Positions 35,596 to 43,096 of a stretch of DNA of 64,000 nucleotides are shown in pieces. Source of the DNA: an uncultured Clostridia bacterium. GTDB lineage: Bacteria > Bacillota > Clostridia > Christensenellales > CAG-917. The notes below the pieces were generated by a model, which saw only the letters and a list, made by a program, of their open reading frames with translations, did no database searches and was not told the DNA's origin. The stretch is taken from positions 322,621-386,620 of the forward strand of contig CAKQGN010000001.1 of assembly GCA_934233745.1 (NCBI GenBank), in the 5' to 3' direction. The position numbers and the translations under genes are program-made. How positions within the stretch are numbered: the stretch's first letter is position 1; the number at the start of each line of letters is the position of its first letter.

Positions 35596-36345
35596 ATGAA
35601 ATGGAAAATATGGCTTGACGATATACGAGAATCCCCACAAGATTACGTATGGTGTCGCAGCGTCAACGAATGCAAAAAACAAATTGAATTGTGTGAAGCC
35701 TTGGATGGTGTCGAGTTGCTCGATATCGACCACGATCTCGGCGAATATTCATCGGACGGCGGTGACGGAATCGCACTTATTGATTGGCTTGCAAAGAGAG
35801 ATACTATGTACCCCATTGCTTTGCACACGCAAAACCCTGTTGGTCGGAACAATATGCTCCGCGCAATCGAGGCATATTATAGGTATAAGAATAAACGAGA
35901 GGAACAGGCGATGCCATTCGATAGTATTGATGAAAACCCAAAAACACGCGTGTACTACAAGGGCATCTTTTGGATTGTGGATGAAAATCATTTAGAAAAC
36001 AACAATGATTATATTTTCAGAATACCCGTGGATTGCAACGGTAACTTGCTTGATATCGGTTTGTTTTATCCCCTCAACAGCAAGAGCGGGAGAGGCTACA
36101 ACCATCGACTGACTTGGCTTACATATGTCAAAAATGAGTTGCAAAAGGGCAAAGAATACAATTATTTTCCGCGCGGACGGGTGGAGATTAGAAACTCAAC
36201 GGCAACGATTTTTCTCAATCCCGACATTGCAACAAAGGGAATCCTGGAACACTTATCCGCACAATTTGCGCTTGCCGATCTTTCGATTAAAGTTGTGTGC
36301 GACGGCTCTAAGCATTATAGAAGTTTTTTAGATTTTGACACTTAA
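35596..36345 (+). CDS. Protein with N-terminal cREC-like (cyclic-phosphate-processing receiver-like) domain and unknown C-terminal domain
   Basis: KIWLDDIRESPQDYVW...ELLDIDHDLGEYSSDGGDGIALIDWL...IALHTQNPVGRNNM matches my recollection of the cREC/REC-like family pattern (W-DD-R ... DHDLG ... H-NP). RBS GGAGG. Confidence 0.5.
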   Translation: MKWKIWLDDIRESPQDYVWCRSVNECKKQIELCEALDGVELLDIDHDLGEYSSDGGDGIALIDWLAKRDTMYPIALHTQNPVGRNNMLRAIEAYYRYKNKREEQAMPFDSIDENPKTRVYYKGIFWIVDENHLENNNDYIFRIPVDCNGNLLDIGLFYPLNSKSGRGYNHRLTWLTYVKNELQKGKEYNYFPRGRVEIRNSTATIFLNPDIATKGILEHLSAQFALADLSIKVVCDGSKHYRSFLDFDT

Positions 36346-36400
36346 TGTACCGTATATGGTACAAAGTGTGGATTATAATGCAATTACAATAAATGATAGG

Positions 36401-36841
36401 ATGGAAATTAAAATGAAAAACCTTCTCACAATCAAAAATATCAACGACCTTTCAAACACTCAAATCGTGGACGCTTTGTTTGGCGCAATCCAAGACGGAG
36501 TGTTGAATGTCGGTTTTGAAAGCGCCGAGGATTATTGCGTGATTGCAGATGATGCCAAGAGTGCAAATATCATTGAGACTTGCACGATCGATTGCAAAAA
36601 AGAAGACTGTGCGCAATTTCTCAAAAGTTTTGACGAGACTCTTGCAAAACTCTCGCAAGTGAAGACGGATAAGATCACCGGGACGTTTTCAGGTGAAGTG
36701 TCCTGCTATATCAAGCGACTTTGCAAACTTATCGAACTCGGCGCACCGCAAATTCTCATTCGCAACGAGCAGATTTCTTTGCTTATTTATTCGTTCTTGA
36801 ACGAATACACGTTGCTTAGAGATATAGAGTGCGTCGGATAA
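36401..36841 (+). CDS. Hypothetical protein
   Basis: The track ORF starts at a TTG inside the upstream gene. The likely start is ATG 36401 or 36413, downstream of a TATAAT box (36374-36379). No motif recognised. Confidence 0.45.
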   Translation: MEIKMKNLLTIKNINDLSNTQIVDALFGAIQDGVLNVGFESAEDYCVIADDAKSANIIETCTIDCKKEDCAQFLKSFDETLAKLSQVKTDKITGTFSGEVSCYIKRLCKLIELGAPQILIRNEQISLLIYSFLNEYTLLRDIECVG

Positions 36842-37040
36842 AAATGGGCAATGCTTGTTGAAAGTCGCAAGCAAAGCGGCTTTCGACAAAAAAAGGGAAA
36901 CCGACACACTAAAAATAATGTCATATTGTCGTATGGGACGATAGGTTTTTTTCGAAAGTGGCGGCGAGTCGCCGTCTTGCCACTCAATTTCTCTCACTCC
37001 CTGCGCTTGTATGTCATTATAGGGAGAATAGGAGAAACAC

Positions 37041-37232
37041 ATGGAACTTATCAGCCCAGATGCAAAAAATATGCTCGTCAAACACCAGGAAGAAATCAAA
37101 AGAAGCGTGCTTTTGCCATTGTTTATCGATGCTCTCCTTACAGGCGGCATAACGCTGTTCGATGAGGTGCGCTCGCTGCTTGAAAATTCAGGAATTTGTT
37201 TGGATGACTTTGATTTTTCCAAATTGAAGTAA
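37041..37232 (+). CDS. Small hypothetical protein (63 aa)
   Basis: RBS AGGAGA 6 nt upstream of the ATG. Acidic, helical-looking sequence. Last ORF before the L scaffold module. Confidence 0.35.
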   Translation: MELISPDAKNMLVKHQEEIKRSVLLPLFIDALLTGGITLFDEVRSLLENSGICLDDFDFSKLK

Positions 37233-37441
37233 AACGGCTGTGTTTTTATGAAAAAAGTTAATGATATGGGTGTAGCATTGTGAGAATTATTGCCTAATTG
37301 CTCCGAGTTTTTGTTACCTTTCGGCGTGGCGGTTTAGCACAGAGAAAAGACTATATCAACGGCATAAAAATCTTGTAATATTGCTTCAAAAATTATCTCA
37401 AATCTAATGCGCATTTTATATGCTTTTTAGTCGTTTGCCTG

Positions 37442-37514
37442 TTAGACGAGCCGTAGTCTTGATACAAGTGTGACGATTAGACGTGCCGTAGTCTTTGATA
37501 CAAGTGCGCACGCG
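37442..37514 (+). repeat. Two tandem direct-repeat units TTAGACG(A/T)GCCGTAGTCTT(T)GATACAAGTG
   Basis: Unit a is 37442-37470 and unit b is 37477-37514. Unit b is identical over ~38 nt to the cores at 50647-50684 and 63610-63647, and has 1 mismatch to 49247-49284. Confidence 0.85.
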
Positions 37515-37672
37515 CGTGCGCGAGGGATTGTTTTGATGCACTTTTTACACAACATTTTTATGCGATTCGTTGACATAGGCATCTTGCAATTTGAAATGAT
37601 ATGTTTTTGAGTTTTCTCGGTGCTGCGCCGTCTTGTTGCCGAAAGACAAATAAACTCGGAGCGTATACAAAA

Positions 37673-37885
37673 ATGAAAACTCAAATCAAAGATCAAAATC
37701 AACTTAATGAACAAAATCAATTTAGTAAGCAGTGCAAAATTAGCGAAGGAAAACGTATTAATGGTCAAATTCTAAAGAAATAGTATTTGCTTTATTATCT
37801 CGAAGTCACACAACTTTTGAAAGTCAATCGCACAACTATATGGCGCATAAGAACGAGAATACAAGAAAAGTATTATTTATTGGGA
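37673..37885 (+). pseudogene. Remnant of the sigma-r4-type HTH gene (internally deleted copy of 50875-51573)
   Basis: The 5' end MKTQIKDQNQ matches MKSQINLQNQ. The 3' DNA TATCTCGAAGTCACACAACTTTTGAAAGTCAATCGCACAACTATATGGCGCA matches 51471-51525. The central ~480 nt are missing and a stop occurs at 37781-37783. Confidence 0.65.
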
Positions 37886-38103
37886 AACATCAGATTTTTA
37901 ATTTGAGTGTATATGTGCTGATTTTTAAAAGCGAACGAGAAATACAAAAATGATAAACACAAATATGATTGAAGGAATGTATATTGACCTATCGCACAAA
38001 TTATGATAGTATTTATTATAATATTTAATCATAAACGCGAATGCCGACTCGGCTACGATTTTGCAAATCGGAAAGCAAATGTGCAATACAAAGGACAAGA
38101 ATT

Positions 38104-40203
38104 ATGAGTGTAAACAAGATACTCGACACAATGTGGGACGACAACCCGATTGACATAACACAGGAAGCGAATTTTATATGGTCAATTGCAAATAAATTGC
38201 GCGGATCATATATGCCGGACAAATATGGCGATGTTGTGATACCGATGACGATATTGCGCCGTTTCGAGTGCGCGCTTGCCGACACAAAAAAGCAAGTGGT
38301 TGACGCATACAAAAAGAATCCGAATTATCCTGCGAAAGCGTTATGCAAAATTTCGGGTTTTTCTTTTTACAATACGAGCGAGTATGACTTGAAAGAGCTT
38401 TGCAACGATCCCAATCATATTGCCGCAAATTTCAAGAATTATATAAGTGGTTTTTCATCAAATGTAAAAGATATATTCGGTGAACTCGAAATGTCCAAGC
38501 ACATTGACAAAATGGAGAAAGACGGCTGTCTTTATTCGGTTGTTGAGGCGTTTTCCGTGCTTGACCTATCCATAAAAACTTACGACAGTATCAAGATGGG
38601 CTATATTTTTGAAAATCTTATCGGTAGATTTTATCAAAATGTGGATGCCGGACAATTTTACACAGGCAGAGATATTATTAAGCTACTCGTCGAAATTTTA
38701 ATGGCGGAAGGATGCGACGATATTTTTGACAGCCATAAGGTTATCACCGTTCTCGATCAAGCTTGCGGAACGGGCGGTATGCTTTCCACGGCGTATACCT
38801 ACATAAAACACTATAATCCTACGGCGGAAGTCAAACTGTTCGGACAAGAATTTATGGGGCAGTCTTACGCAGTAGGCCTTGCCGAAATGCTCATCAAAAA
38901 TCAAGACTCGGACAATTTCCGCCACGTCGATACCTTCAAAACGGACTGCTTTGCGGACACAAAGATGCGTTTTGTGCTTGAAAATCCGCCGTTTGGCACG
39001 CCGTGGTCGGGCAAAGACGCAAAAGACGGACAGGAGCAAGCCGTCCGTGAAGAGTATGCAAAAGGCGAGATGGGAAGATGGGGACACGGGCTTCCAAGCG
39101 GTGGCGACTCTCAAATGATTTTCTTGCAATCCGCCGTTGACAAAATGGATGACAAATGCGGAAGAGCTGCAATTATTGAAAACGGCTCGCCACTGTTCAA
39201 CGGCGATACGGCATCCGGCGAAAGCCAAATCCGCAGATGGTTGCTTGAAAGTGATCTTATTGAAGCAATCATTGCGTTGCCAACAGACTTGTTCTACAAC
39301 ACGGGAATACAAACGTACGTGTGGATACTTTCCAAAAACAAGAGAAAAGAGCGCAAAGGCAAGGTGCAACTCATCAATGCCGCGGAGATCTATCACAAAT
39401 TGAGAAAAGCCGTAGGCAACAAAAAGAATGAGATCACAAAAGAAGATAGAAAGGTGATAACTCATCTCTATGCCGATTTTGTGCAAAACGACGTTTGCAA
39501 AATCTACGACAACACGGAGTTCCTTTATAAGGAATACACTGTTATGCAACCGCTTCAACGCAGTTATGCCATAACGGAAGAGCGTATTGAACAGATGCTG
39601 ATGAAAGGCGCGCTGTCGGGTGTGTATGATGAGGCAAAAATTGCCGATTATGAAAGCCAGGGCGTTGCGCTTGCCGATAAGGACAAGAAAAAATACGAAG
39701 AAATGCTTGCAAGAAAGCCGTTATATGAGGACATTCTGCAAACGCTGAAAGAGCATATCTCGGACAAGGTGTATAAAGAGCCGACAAGTTTTGTCAAACA
39801 TCTTTCGGGGATTTTGTCGTGCGACAAAAAGCTCATAGACCGCATTGCGGACGGACTTTCCGAAATGGACAAAACGGCAGAAATTCAGCGTGATAAAAAG
39901 GGCAATATCATCTACGACAAAGAAACGCGCGACACCGAAATCGTCAAATACACCGAAGATATACAAACTTATATGGCAAGAGAAGTGTTGCCTTACGTCC
40001 CCGATGCAAAATGGTTTTGGGAAGAAAATCTTGGTGCAAAAAAGCCCGTAATTAAAATCGGCGCGGAAATACCGTTTACAAGATATTTCTATAAGTACAC
40101 GCAACCCGAAAAGAGCGAGGTTTTAGAGCAGAAGTTTTTAACGCTTGAAAAGAGCGTAAGCGAAAGAATAAGAGAGTTATTTAGGGAGCAAAAAGATGAG
40201 TGA
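38104..40203 (+). CDS. hsdM: Type I restriction-modification system, DNA methyltransferase subunit M
   Basis: N-terminal HsdM_N pattern: FIWSIANKLRGSYMPDKYGDVVIPMTILRRFECAL. Motif I: VLDQACGTGGML. Motif IV: VLENPPFG. I prefer ATG 38104 (RBS AAAGGA) to the track start 38041. Confidence 0.9.
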   Translation: MSVNKILDTMWDDNPIDITQEANFIWSIANKLRGSYMPDKYGDVVIPMTILRRFECALADTKKQVVDAYKKNPNYPAKALCKISGFSFYNTSEYDLKELCNDPNHIAANFKNYISGFSSNVKDIFGELEMSKHIDKMEKDGCLYSVVEAFSVLDLSIKTYDSIKMGYIFENLIGRFYQNVDAGQFYTGRDIIKLLVEILMAEGCDDIFDSHKVITVLDQACGTGGMLSTAYTYIKHYNPTAEVKLFGQEFMGQSYAVGLAEMLIKNQDSDNFRHVDTFKTDCFADTKMRFVLENPPFGTPWSGKDAKDGQEQAVREEYAKGEMGRWGHGLPSGGDSQMIFLQSAVDKMDDKCGRAAIIENGSPLFNGDTASGESQIRRWLLESDLIEAIIALPTDLFYNTGIQTYVWILSKNKRKERKGKVQLINAAEIYHKLRKAVGNKKNEITKEDRKVITHLYADFVQNDVCKIYDNTEFLYKEYTVMQPLQRSYAITEERIEQMLMKGALSGVYDEAKIADYESQGVALADKDKKKYEEMLARKPLYEDILQTLKEHISDKVYKEPTSFVKHLSGILSCDKKLIDRIADGLSEMDKTAEIQRDKKGNIIYDKETRDTEIVKYTEDIQTYMAREVLPYVPDAKWFWEENLGAKKPVIKIGAEIPFTRYFYKYTQPEKSEVLEQKFLTLEKSVSERIRELFREQKDE

Positions 40204-41098
40204 AATTAAAAAGGTGCAAGTTCGTGGCGGATTTAGTGATAGAAGAGGCATTAAACCGCTTAATACAAAAATGCAATTAGATGAATTAGACAAGCGTACA
40301 CGGATAGGAATTGCGAATTTGCTTCGTGAATGGTATGACGATGGGGAATTTGCGAGATATCGCTCTGATTTTTGCGAACGATTGCTAAAAGATATATATT
40401 TTGAATTTGTCGACGATCAAGCGAGATATATAATTAAATATCAAAACGATGATTTTATTGAATTATATATTTATTTGCCAATAAGTGAAAACAGTTATGA
40501 TGAAGTTCTTACGGTTGTCGAATATGTCACGAATTATTTTATTCAATGGCAAATATCGCAATGTCAAAAGGGTGTTCTCTATTACGATTTGATTGACTAT
40601 AAAGCCGAAATAAATGAACTATTTCAAAGGGAATATGTGGGTTATCGCTTTATAGACGGCGAAATAACCCCGATTAGCGACGAGATTGAAGTTGCCGAAA
40701 TTGAAAAAAGTTTTGATATTGAATTCCAAGGTTGCAAATCTCACATAAAGAAGGCATTGGGCTTTTTATCTGATAGGGAAAACCCGGATTACAAAAACAG
40801 CATAAAAGAAAGCATTAGTGCGGTAGAGTCGATCTGTCAGATAATTGCACAAAACAGCAAGGCAACTTTAGGTGAAGCCTTGAAGAAGCTGGAAGACCAC
40901 GGAGTGAAAATTCACGAAGCCATGAAAAAGTCATTTTCTTCACTGTACGGTTATACGTCTGACGAGGGAGGAATACGCCATTGCGAGGGGATGTTTGAAA
41001 GTAACGTTACATTCGAAGAAGCTAAATTTATGCTTGTAAGTTGCTCGGCTTTTGTAAACTATCTTATAGCGGAATACGGAAAAATAGATAAGGATTAA
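40196..41098 (+). CDS. AbiJ-N-terminal-domain-like / putative HEPN-type protein embedded between hsdM and hsdS
   Basis: The N-terminus GGFSDRRGIKPLNTKMQLDELDKRTRIGIANLL resembles the AbiJ-NTD pattern as I remember it. The C-terminal helical region carries YGYTSDEGGIRHCEG. The start overlaps the hsdM stop by 8 nt. Confidence 0.5.
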   Translation: MSEIKKVQVRGGFSDRRGIKPLNTKMQLDELDKRTRIGIANLLREWYDDGEFARYRSDFCERLLKDIYFEFVDDQARYIIKYQNDDFIELYIYLPISENSYDEVLTVVEYVTNYFIQWQISQCQKGVLYYDLIDYKAEINELFQREYVGYRFIDGEITPISDEIEVAEIEKSFDIEFQGCKSHIKKALGFLSDRENPDYKNSIKESISAVESICQIIAQNSKATLGEALKKLEDHGVKIHEAMKKSFSSLYGYTSDEGGIRHCEGMFESNVTFEEAKFMLVSCSAFVNYLIAEYGKIDKD

Positions 41099-41104
41099 AA
41101 CACA

Positions 41105-42400
41105 ATGCGAGAGATGAAAGACAGCGGAATATCTTGGGTAGGAGAGATACCCAAAGAGTGGCTTTGCATAAAATCTAAAAATATAATCAAGTCGAATGAT
41201 GGCGGGGTTTGGGGAAATGAACCAACAAGTACAGAAAATGATAAAATTGTATTGCGTTCTACCGAACAAACAATTGACGGAAAATGGATAATTGAAGAGC
41301 CTGCAAAGCGAGATTTAAGTAAAATACCATATAAAAATTGTCTTATTAAGCCTAATGATTTACTGATTACGAAATCAAGCGGGAGTTCTTTACATATCGG
41401 AAAAACCACTTTGGCTGATGACTATTTTACAACTAATGAATGTTATTACTCTAATTTTTTGCAACGCATTAGACTGCAAAAATCATATTATCCGTTATAT
41501 GCTTGGTTTATTTTTAATGCAGTTTTTGTTAGAGAACAATTTGCATATATGCAAAATTCTACATCGGGCTTAGGAAATATTAACTCAACGGATATAGAAA
41601 ATATAATAGTACCAATCCCGACACTTGACGAGCAACAGAGGATTGCGGAGTTTTTGGATAGGGAGTGCGGAAAGATTGACGAATTGGAAGCGGATATTCA
41701 AGCGCAGATCGATACGCTTGAACAGTACAAGCGTTCCGTCATCACCGAAGCCGTTACCCATGGTCTGAACCCGTCTGCCCCGATGAAAGAGTGTAGTGTT
41801 TCGTGGGCGCGGCAAATACCACAGCATTGGAAAGTTATGCCGAACAAACACTTAATGACGAAGATAAAGAATATTTGTCCTATATACAAGGGAGAAGATA
41901 TTTTATCTTTGACTATGTATGGTGTGATTGTACGGGATTTAGACGCAGGGGGTAAAATGCCGTCATCTTTTGATGGCTATCAATACATAAAAAAGGGCAA
42001 TTTGTTGATGTGCCTTTTTGATATTGATGTTACACCGAGATGTATAGGAATTATAAAGCAAAACGGTATAACAAGTCCTGCGTATAGTCAGTTCAAAATG
42101 AAAAAATTAGCAAATGCGAGATTTTATTATTACTATTATCTAATGTTGGACTATACAAAGGAACTATTGCATCTTGCAAAAAATCTGCGGCATTCGCTTA
42201 CAGAAGATCAATTGGGTGCAATAAAACAACTTGTTCCGCCGCTTGACGAACAGCAAGAAATAGCCGATTATCTCGATAACAAATGCGCCGAAATTGAGCA
42301 GATTATCGCGGATAAAAAATCGCAAATCGAAACGCTGGACGGCTACAAAAAATCACTCATTTTTGAGTATGCTACAGGCAAAAAGGAGATCGCATTATGA
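41105..42400 (+). CDS. hsdS: Type I restriction-modification system, specificity subunit S
   Basis: Two target-recognition halves are each followed by the conserved coiled-coil spacer: PTLDEQQRIAEFLDRECGKIDELEADIQAQIDTLEQYKRSVITEAVTHG and PPLDEQQEIADYLDNKCAEIEQIIADKKSQIETLDGYKKSLIFEYATG. Confidence 0.9.
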   Translation: MREMKDSGISWVGEIPKEWLCIKSKNIIKSNDGGVWGNEPTSTENDKIVLRSTEQTIDGKWIIEEPAKRDLSKIPYKNCLIKPNDLLITKSSGSSLHIGKTTLADDYFTTNECYYSNFLQRIRLQKSYYPLYAWFIFNAVFVREQFAYMQNSTSGLGNINSTDIENIIVPIPTLDEQQRIAEFLDRECGKIDELEADIQAQIDTLEQYKRSVITEAVTHGLNPSAPMKECSVSWARQIPQHWKVMPNKHLMTKIKNICPIYKGEDILSLTMYGVIVRDLDAGGKMPSSFDGYQYIKKGNLLMCLFDIDVTPRCIGIIKQNGITSPAYSQFKMKKLANARFYYYYYLMLDYTKELLHLAKNLRHSLTEDQLGAIKQLVPPLDEQQEIADYLDNKCAEIEQIIADKKSQIETLDGYKKSLIFEYATGKKEIAL

Positions 42401-43095
42401 GTGAATGGTGGCAACTTGTTATTGCAATAAGTGGCAGCATTGTCACAGGCATAGTTTCTCTTGTCGGTGTTTATCTTACATTGAGACATAATGAGAAACT
42501 AGAACAAAAAAGATTTGCTCAACTGCAAAAAGATAAACAGCAAGAGATAATTGAAAATCGACCGGAATTTGAAATTTGCAGTTGGAACTTCGACACAACA
42601 GAAAAAGGATACGAGCCTGATGATTCTGTTGATATTGATTGTATGTTGACTTTGTATGGCGAGAAATATAAGAAAACTGATTTTGAAAATAAGTTGGTTT
42701 GTGCCAATTACACGATTAAAAATATAAGCAACAATGTCGTTGAATTTGTTGATTTGTGTTTTTATGACAATCAATACGAATTATTGAATATGAAAAAAGC
42801 AAATATAATCAAATTTGTTAAAGATCCTGATGCATATCCTACGACAACTTATATTAGATATTCGGGAATGAAAGTTAAACACAACCAAGAGATAAAGGTC
42901 AGGATATGGTATAGAGTCAACAATGTGCCACAGCGATTCATCTCATATTTGTGTTTTATCGGGTGCAGATCATTTGACAAAAGGTATTGGATTCAAAATT
43001 TTGAAGCACCGTTTGACGGAATAGAAGATAGTTGTCTTAATACCGAAAATGAATACTATTCGCTAATACATAGAAAAGGACAATGGGGAGCATAA
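42397..43095 (+). CDS. Hypothetical N-terminally membrane-anchored protein embedded between hsdS and hsdR
   Basis: Single TM segment WWQLVIAISGSIVTGIVSLVGVYLTL followed by a ~190-aa soluble domain with no recognised motif. The start overlaps the hsdS stop (ATGA). Confidence 0.6.
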   Translation: MSEWWQLVIAISGSIVTGIVSLVGVYLTLRHNEKLEQKRFAQLQKDKQQEIIENRPEFEICSWNFDTTEKGYEPDDSVDIDCMLTLYGEKYKKTDFENKLVCANYTIKNISNNVVEFVDLCFYDNQYELLNMKKANIIKFVKDPDAYPTTTYIRYSGMKVKHNQEIKVRIWYRVNNVPQRFISYLCFIGCRSFDKRYWIQNFEAPFDGIEDSCLNTENEYYSLIHRKGQWGA

Positions 43096-43096
43096 A

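Larger units (their letters stand above)
37290..37900 (+). repeat. L scaffold module, degraded copy (homologous to 50469-51573 with an internal deletion)
   Basis: 37290-37440 matches 50469-50610 (TTGCCTAATTGCTCCGAGTTTTTGTTACCTTTCGGCGTGGCGGTTTAGCACAGAG...). The tandem DR units, the GCGCACGCGCGTGCGC palindrome, and the leader ...GTTGACATAGGCATCTTGC...GAGTTTTCTCGGTGCTGCGCCGTCTTGTTGCCGAAAG are all shared. Confidence 0.8.

Noticed and set aside
36689-37222. 177-aa minus ORF and overlapping + ORFs 36851..37165 and 36958..37152
   Set aside because: They have no RBS and a Ser-rich, low-complexity translation. They overlap the 3' end of the 36401..36841 gene and the RBS-supported 37041..37232 ORF on the + strand.
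37442-37514. Possibility that the tandem TTAGACG...GATACAAGTG units are a CRISPR array
   Set aside because: There are only two adjacent units per locus, separated by 6 nt rather than spacer-length unique sequence. No cas genes are present. The same core also occurs singly as one arm of an inverted repeat.
37442-37768. 108-aa minus ORF and 60-aa plus ORF (37601..37783) in the degraded L module, plus 50310..50615(+) and 50761..50964(-) in the intact L module
   Set aside because: They span the palindromes, direct repeats and the leader of the sigma-like gene. The frames are not conserved between the two L copies. Only the 50875..51573 gene and its remnant look real.
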